A DNA stretch of 64,000 nucleotides from Desulfobulbaceae bacterium (GTDB taxonomy: Bacteria; Desulfobacterota; Desulfobulbia; Desulfobulbales; SURF-16): the NCBI GenBank assembly GCA_023230525.1, contig JALNXE010000003.1, positions 7,037 to 71,036 on the forward strand. The letters run 5' to 3'. The stretch's first letter is position 1; each line of letters opens with the position of its first letter. The translations under genes and the position numbers were made by a program. The notes under the pieces are model-generated. The model saw only the letters and a list, made by a program, of their open reading frames with translations, did not search any database and was not told the DNA's origin. Below, one piece after another: positions 58,023 to 64,000 of the stretch.

Positions 58023-60545
58023 TCAGGCTGCAGCATGAAGCAGGCCGTTTTTTATCTCATTTTTGAAGGACGGCTCCTCGATTTTAAGACCCTGGTGATC
58101 CAGTACATAAAAAACATCCACGACCTGGTCGGCCTTGGTGCCGATTTTGGCCCGAAAGGTGTTGATGCCGAAATCAGACAGGGTGCGGGTAATATCGTAA
58201 AGCAGGCCCGGCCTATTTACGGCATATACTTCAATAACCGTGAAATTGTCAGAGGCGACCGGATCAATGATCACCTTGGCCGGCGGCCGCTGGCTCAGCT
58301 GGGTGGGCGCGGCGCCCAGAGCGGTCAGCTTTTGATGAAGGCGATGGGTGAGCCCGATTCTGAAATGGATCGCCTTGCCCAGGTCATCCTCCAGGGTCTG
58401 CCAGTTCTGGTCCTCGAATTGATTGTCCAGCATCGATGTGACATGAAGAATATCAACAATCGTGCCATCGAGCCAGGTGTAAATCTGCGCGGCAAGAACC
58501 TTCAGATTGTGCAGGGCCATCACCCCGCAGATTTTGCTCAAGATGCCGGGTCTGTCCTGGGCCATGATCAGGATTGACCAGTGGCCTTTCTCCTGGCTTG
58601 GTTTGACGATCACCTCCTGTTTCTTCAATTCTTCATGGAGGCGTATATGACTGACAACCTCATCAGGAGAGTTGCCGAGCAGGTAGTCATCCGGCAGGAT
58701 TTTCAAGGGAACCGCCGGGCTGTCGCCGAGCAGGGCGGCCACTTGGCCTCTCATCCAGGCAATCTCCTGCCGCGGATCAGGCAGGGTGAGGTCGTCACGA
58801 CTTAAGGTGTTCGCTACCTTCAGGTAAAGTTCCAGCAACAGCGCCGCCTTCCAGTCCGACCAGGCTGAGGGGCCTGTTGCTTTCGCATCGGCGATGGTCA
58901 GCAGGTAAAGCATGGTCAGCCGGTCCGGGTCATTAAGCTGTTTGGCGCAACGGAGAATGAGGCCTTCATCTTCCAGATCCCGGCGTTGGGCGATTTCCGC
59001 TAAAAAAAGATGCTCGCGGACCAGAAAGGTGAGGCAGTTAATGTCAGCCTCGGGCATACCCAGCCGTTTGCCGATATCGTTTGCCAGTTCAGCGCCGTAT
59101 TCCGCATGGTTTTTGCCGTAACCTTTGCCGATATCATGCAGCAGGGCCGCAAGGAACAGGATATACGGTGAAGGAACGGTGATGAAAAGCGGATGCTCGA
59201 GCGAGCGGAGCTGATTGACCTCCTCAACCGTTTGCAGCAGATGGCGGTCCACCGTGAAAACATGATAGATGTCATGCTGGGCCAGGGATTTCAGGTGAAG
59301 AAATTCAGGGATATAGGCGGAGAGCAGGCCGCTTTCCAGCATGTCGGTCAGGGCCGGCAGCGGATTTGGCCCCTGGATGGTTTCCAGGAAGGCCTTGTTC
59401 ATCCTTTTGGAATTCCGTGTTTTTATTCCGAGAAGATGCAGATTGCCGCTGATGAGTTTTTTGGTGCGGTGGTGCAGGGGGTTGCCGGTCTGGGCAACAT
59501 GGGTGAAGGCCCGCATGAGGAGATAGGGGCGCTTGGCCGCCAGCTCGATGTCCGTCAGATGGATGCGCCCCTGGCGGAGGGTGATTCCCTTTTCCAGTTC
59601 CTTGTCCTGCTGCTTGCCGGTTTGCCCAAGCCCCAGCACCTCTGTCGCGTGCTCGAAGAAGAGGTCTGAGGTCAGAGCGATTGTCTGCAGCTGGGCATGG
59701 ATGTCGCGCATGAAGCGCTCTACCCCGAGCATGCCCTGTTCGTCTTTATAGCCGAAGGCCTTGGCCATCTCCTCCTGGTGCTCGAAGAAAAGCTGATCGT
59801 TTTTGCGGCCGCTGATGTAATGGAGCCGGTTTCGTATTTTGATCAGGGTGTCGCTGGCCTGGTCAAATGCCTGCAGTTCTTCTGTTGATATCAGTCCGGC
59901 CCTTTCCAGGTCCTGAGACTGTTTGAGGTTGAAAAGAACCTGGGCTGACCAGAGCATGGCCTGGATGTCGCGGAAACCGCCTCGGCTCTCCTTGATATGG
60001 GGCTCAAGCAGATAGGTGTGGTTGCCGAAGCGCTCATGGCGTTTCTGCCGATGAAAAAGCATGTCCTGCAAAAAGGTTTTGCGCTGGCCCGTCACAAATT
60101 TTTGCTGGAAATCCGCCAGCAGAGCGGTGAAAAGATCGTTGGAGCCGGCAATGAGCCTTGCGTCAAGCAGGGAGACCAGCAGAAAAAAATCTTTGCCGGC
60201 CTCTTCGATACAGGCGGCCGGCGTTCTTACCCCGTGCCCAACCTCCAGGCCGGCATCCCACAGCGGATAAAATATGGCTTCAGTCACGGTATTGAGCTGT
60301 TTTTCCGCGGCCGGGCGGTAAAGCAGCATGAGGTCGATATCCGAGTAAGGGAAAAGTTCCTTTCTGCCGTATCCTCCCAAGGCAACCAGGCACATGTTTT
60401 CCGGGTCTGCGCCGCTCTCCCTGAAATAATCCTGGAGTGCCGCATCCATGAGCCCGGTGTGTCTTGCCAGCAGGGCATGCCCGCTTAACCCCTGGCGCCA
60501 CAAGGTCTCCAGGGCATCACGTCTGGCGCGCAGCTCCGTCACCAT
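58023..60545 (-). CDS. glnD: [Protein-PII] uridylyltransferase / uridylyl-removing enzyme
   Basis: Nucleotidyltransferase motif GGYGRKELFPYSDIDL, HD domain LLHDIGKG, and two C-terminal ACT-like domains. The start abuts the glnK stop (TAAATG). Confidence 0.9.
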   Translation of the reverse strand: MVTELRARRDALETLWRQGLSGHALLARHTGLMDAALQDYFRESGADPENMCLVALGGYGRKELFPYSDIDLMLLYRPAAEKQLNTVTEAIFYPLWDAGLEVGHGVRTPAACIEEAGKDFFLLVSLLDARLIAGSNDLFTALLADFQQKFVTGQRKTFLQDMLFHRQKRHERFGNHTYLLEPHIKESRGGFRDIQAMLWSAQVLFNLKQSQDLERAGLISTEELQAFDQASDTLIKIRNRLHYISGRKNDQLFFEHQEEMAKAFGYKDEQGMLGVERFMRDIHAQLQTIALTSDLFFEHATEVLGLGQTGKQQDKELEKGITLRQGRIHLTDIELAAKRPYLLMRAFTHVAQTGNPLHHRTKKLISGNLHLLGIKTRNSKRMNKAFLETIQGPNPLPALTDMLESGLLSAYIPEFLHLKSLAQHDIYHVFTVDRHLLQTVEEVNQLRSLEHPLFITVPSPYILFLAALLHDIGKGYGKNHAEYGAELANDIGKRLGMPEADINCLTFLVREHLFLAEIAQRRDLEDEGLILRCAKQLNDPDRLTMLYLLTIADAKATGPSAWSDWKAALLLELYLKVANTLSRDDLTLPDPRQEIAWMRGQVAALLGDSPAVPLKILPDDYLLGNSPDEVVSHIRLHEELKKQEVIVKPSQEKGHWSILIMAQDRPGILSKICGVMALHNLKVLAAQIYTWLDGTIVDILHVTSMLDNQFEDQNWQTLEDDLGKAIHFRIGLTHRLHQKLTALGAAPTQLSQRPPAKVIIDPVASDNFTVIEVYAVNRPGLLYDITRTLSDFGINTFRAKIGTKADQVVDVFYVLDHQGLKIEEPSFKNEIKNGLLHAAA

Positions 60546-60908
<363 letters not shown>

Positions 60909-60911
60909 TTA

Positions 60912-60956
60912 TTCTTTGCGGGTTTACATGATAATTTTTTATACTACCGCAAAGAA
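60912..60956 (-). other. 10-bp perfect inverted repeat with an AT-rich 25-nt loop in the amt-glnK spacer
   Basis: TTCTTTGCGG (60912-60921) pairs with CCGCAAAGAA (60947-60956). Confidence 0.6.
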
Positions 60957-60998
60957 CACGCTGCTCTAAATAATTTTTTGGCTTTGCTAGACATTACT

Positions 60999-62225
60999 TT
61001 ACATGTTGTAGGCTGTTTCGGTGTGAACGCTCTGATCCAGGCCCAGGATTTCGTTTTCACGGCTCACCCTGAGGCCGCCGCAGGTGAGGTCGATGATTTT
61101 CAGCAGGATAAGGCTGACCGTAAATGCATAGGCACCGACCACCGCCACGCCGAATATCTGGGTGGTCAGAAATGCCGCGTTGCCGGCGAAAAGTCCATCG
61201 GCCCCGTTGGGATTGACGGACTTGGTGGCAAAAAGTCCCAGGCAGATGGTGCCGATAATACCGCCCAGACCGTGGATGCCGACGACGTCCAAGCTGTCGT
61301 CAAAGCCGATTCTGTTTTTCAGATTGACCGCCAGATAACAGGAAAAACCGGCAATGATGCCGATGATGATGGCGGAATGGGGGGTGATGAAGCCGGCCCC
61401 GGGAGTTACGGTGGCAAGGCCGGCAATGGCCCCTGAGGCGGCTCCAAGGGTTGTCGGTTTTTTCCGGTGAATCCATTCAACCAGCAGCCACATCCCCATG
61501 CCGGCCATGCCGGCAAGATGGGTGGAGATAAAAGCGGTGGCGGCGATGCCGTTGGCCGCGAGGGCGCTGCCGCCGTTGAAGCCGAACCAGCCGAACCAGA
61601 GCAGGCCGGTGCCGAGCAGGGTCATGGGCAGGCTGTGGGGCATGAAGCTTTCGCGGCCAAGCCCTTTGCGGGGGCCAAGAACAATAACCGAGGCCAGGGC
61701 GGCCATGCCGGATGTCAGATGCACGACCAGTCCGCCGGCAAAGTCAAGTACGCCTTTGGCGGCGAGCCAGCCCCCATTGCCCCAGACCCAGTGGCAGACC
61801 GGATTGTACACCAGGATGGTCCAGGCCAGGCCGAAAATGAGAAAAGGGCCGAAGCGCATGCGCTCGGCAAAGGCGCCGGTGATCAGGGCCGGAGTGATGA
61901 TGGCAAACATGCACTGATAGATCATGAAAACGTTCTGGGGGATCGTTGTGGCGTAAAACTCGCTTGGGGCGCTGGTCACTCCATTTAAGGAGAAAAAAGA
62001 CAGGTCGCCGATAAATCCGCCAAGGTCAGGGCCAAAGGACATGCTGTAGCCCAGGTAAACCCATTCGATGCTGATGACCGAAATCATGATAAAGGATTGC
62101 AGGATGGTGGCGAGGACGTTTTTGCCGCGCACCATTCCGGCATAGAAGATAGCCAGTCCCGGTGTCATCAGCAGGACCAGTGCTGCGGAAATAAGGATAA
62201 AAGCGGTATCGGCTCCGGAGATCAT
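60999..62225 (-). CDS. amt: Ammonium transporter (Amt family)
   Basis: 408 aa, about 11 TM helices. Contains DFAGGLVVHLTSG and VVGIHGLGGIIG. Confidence 0.9.
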   Translation of the reverse strand: MISGADTAFILISAALVLLMTPGLAIFYAGMVRGKNVLATILQSFIMISVISIEWVYLGYSMSFGPDLGGFIGDLSFFSLNGVTSAPSEFYATTIPQNVFMIYQCMFAIITPALITGAFAERMRFGPFLIFGLAWTILVYNPVCHWVWGNGGWLAAKGVLDFAGGLVVHLTSGMAALASVIVLGPRKGLGRESFMPHSLPMTLLGTGLLWFGWFGFNGGSALAANGIAATAFISTHLAGMAGMGMWLLVEWIHRKKPTTLGAASGAIAGLATVTPGAGFITPHSAIIIGIIAGFSCYLAVNLKNRIGFDDSLDVVGIHGLGGIIGTICLGLFATKSVNPNGADGLFAGNAAFLTTQIFGVAVVGAYAFTVSLILLKIIDLTCGGLRVSRENEILGLDQSVHTETAYNM

Positions 62226-62292
62226 TTTTTGTGGTTCCTCCCTGTGAAAATCTCATTGTGTGCTTAGATGATTAAAAGCCTTTACGCACGTT

Positions 62293-62308
62293 AGCAAACA
62301 CTGTGCCA
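62293..62308 (-). promoter_or_regulatory. Sigma-54 promoter of amt-glnK-glnD
   Basis: The minus strand reads TGGCACAGTGTTTGCT, a full match to TGGCAC-N5-TTGCW. It lies 68 nt upstream of the amt ATG. Confidence 0.75.
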
Positions 62309-62440
62309 GATAACATTAAAGCTATCTTGTTGATTTTGTGTTGTAAAAGTAGGACGCCAAGCAAAGACATAAAATTCTTATCACATAATTGTAATAAGAA
62401 GGGCTGCTGCTTACAGAATTGTATTATTCGAGGCGGGATT

Positions 62441-63346
62441 TTAATTAAGGATCTGGTAGCGATCAAACATGATGGAGGCAATGGGATTATGCGGCCATTC
62501 CTTTTGCAGCCAGGATTCGAGGTTGCGGACCATTTCGCCTCGGGCAAGGGCATAACGGCGTAATTCTTCAGGAGGGCGGTTGACAAAAAACTGAAAGATT
62601 GTATCCCGGATAAAGGCTCGTTTTTCTTCTGGAATGCTACTGTTTTGGTCAAGAAGAAGTACCAGGTCCAGATCAATTCTGACTAGGAGTCCCTCGGTGC
62701 TGTCTGTTGGCTGGACAGCAATAAAAAAAGCCCGCATGGGCCATTTTTTTCTATTTTTAACAAGGGCTGGGGGTGTTGCTGCTGGTTGCCGGAGAGTCTG
62801 CTGGGACGAAGAGGGCGCAGGTTCAGGCTGATTTTTTTGCTCTGCAGGTACCTTTGTTTCAATGGGTGACGCAAGAGCGGGTGCATGTTTCTCGGCCAGT
62901 TGCTGGTTGGTGGAGCGGAAAAAAATAACGGCGCAAAGGGAGATGATTGAGACGGCTGCAAGGCTTGGGAAAAGGATTTTCTGATAAAATGGCCGCGATT
63001 GAAACCAGCCGGCCGATCTGGCCAGGAGAGCAACGAGAGCGGCGGGCAGATAAGAGGCCAGACTGAAGGTTTTTTTGCTTGACGCCGCGCCTGCTTCTGC
63101 GGCTGCCGGGGAGAGAGGGGAATCTGGTTGCGGTTGCGAATCATCGCTTGCCAGCAGGGAGGCCAGGTCAAGATCGTCACCGCCGGCTCCCGCCTCTTTT
63201 TCAAAGAAAACTTCGGCCTCATCTTCAGGCGTGAGCATAAAATCCTCTGCCTGAAAAGCCGATTCCCAGTCACCTCCTAAGTCATCGTCCAGACCTTCGG
63301 GCAGTTCAAAATCAAATAAATCTTTTGGATCAGCGTCTTTTGCCAT
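62441..63346 (-). CDS. Membrane protein with an acidic N-terminus, TM region, Pro-rich linker and FliL-like C-terminal domain
   Basis: The N-terminus is D/E-rich (DLFDFELPEGLDDDLGGDWESAF). The C-terminus LLVRIDLDLVLLLDQ...KRAFIRDTIFQFF...RNLESWL...ASIMFDRYQI resembles the FliL family. Confidence 0.4.
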   Translation of the reverse strand: MAKDADPKDLFDFELPEGLDDDLGGDWESAFQAEDFMLTPEDEAEVFFEKEAGAGGDDLDLASLLASDDSQPQPDSPLSPAAAEAGAASSKKTFSLASYLPAALVALLARSAGWFQSRPFYQKILFPSLAAVSIISLCAVIFFRSTNQQLAEKHAPALASPIETKVPAEQKNQPEPAPSSSQQTLRQPAATPPALVKNRKKWPMRAFFIAVQPTDSTEGLLVRIDLDLVLLLDQNSSIPEEKRAFIRDTIFQFFVNRPPEELRRYALARGEMVRNLESWLQKEWPHNPIASIMFDRYQILN

Positions 63347-63434
63347 TTATAGTACATGTTGGAAAACAGGCTGTCACATAACGTGCCTGAGCGGGATTTC
63401 GCTGGCCGGCAGGAACTCATTGCTTTGCCGGGGA

Positions 63435-63815
63435 TTATTTGCCGAACACCTTGTCAATTTTTTCGCCGAGTGTTTCGGCGGTGAAGGGTTTGACGATATA
63501 CTGGCTTACCTTGGCCTTAACGGCAAGGATGATGTTGTCCTGCTGGGCCTCGGCTGTAACCATGATAAAGGGGATGCTGGCCAGCTTGGCATCACCCCGG
63601 ACATGTTTGAGCAGCTCGAGACCGGTCATCTTGGGCATGTTCCAGTCTGAAATAATCATGTCCACCTTTTCGCTCTTGAGAACATCCACCGCGGTTGTGC
63701 CGTCATCAGCCTCGACAATATTTTTATATCCGAGCTGCACCAGGATGTTTTTGACAATCCTCCTCATGGTGGCAAAATCATCAACAACCAGAACTTTTAT
63801 ATTGGTATCTGCCAT
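63435..63815 (-). CDS. cheY: Chemotaxis response regulator CheY
   Basis: KVLVVDDFATMRRI, ISDWNMPKMTG, VTAEA and KPF. RBS AGAGGGGGA lies before the ATG at 63815. Confidence 0.9.
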   Translation of the reverse strand: MADTNIKVLVVDDFATMRRIVKNILVQLGYKNIVEADDGTTAVDVLKSEKVDMIISDWNMPKMTGLELLKHVRGDAKLASIPFIMVTAEAQQDNIILAVKAKVSQYIVKPFTAETLGEKIDKVFGK

Positions 63816-64000
63816 ATCATCCCCCTCTGATGAAAAAACGGCTTGATTACATTGATTTTGGAAATTACCCGAAAAATTTTGCAGATAACTCAATTCCACC
63901 TGATATCGCGGAGCAAAATGGATTTCCCGGAAAAAACAATTACAACCAAAAATACTATATGATTTTATAGGTTACGTAAAGCATGCATCAACTGGCAAGT

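Overview
This 64-kb window looks like core chromosome. I found no transposase, integrase, phage gene or CRISPR array. The gene content (multihaem cytochrome, NuoEFG-less complex I, AhbD-like radical SAM enzyme, type III glutamine synthetase, several sigma-54 promoters) suggests an anaerobic deltaproteobacterium-like organism, but that is a low-confidence guess. I support about 50 CDS and 2 tRNAs. From left to right: a chemoreceptor; the minus-strand operon nadE / 12-haem cytochrome / hisD / rsmG; a PIN-PhoH ATPase; the haem cluster ahbD-like / hemE / HD protein / hemH; a small sigma-54-driven unit holding a 73-aa ORF and an out-of-frame PEP-CTERM remnant; mreBCD-mrdA-rodA; tRNA-Ala; mpl; a 13-gene complex-I-type operon; tRNA-Gly; rimP-nusA-ylxR-infB-rbfA-nrnA-truB-rpsO-pnp; an M16 peptidase; dut / MBL hydrolase / TIM-barrel protein / cobT / cobS; an orphan PAS histidine kinase; a TPR protein; a NifX-like protein; an Smr protein; an RNase-H-like exonuclease; the nitrogen block glnN, glnD-glnK-amt; a FliL-like protein; and cheY. 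The most unusual item is the nuo operon. It has no nuoEFG, and between nuoK and nuoL it carries a fourth antiporter-like subunit plus an 82-aa membrane protein. Other items worth a second look: a chemoreceptor with two complete CZB zinc-binding motifs in its predicted periplasmic domain; a 12-haem cytochrome translationally coupled inside a housekeeping operon; the tandem sigma-54 promoters and orphan PEP-CTERM signal; a 21-bp tandem repeat upstream of the NifX-like gene; and a cluster of poly-C tracts. All calls rest on reading the ORF translations and the DNA by eye. No database search was run.
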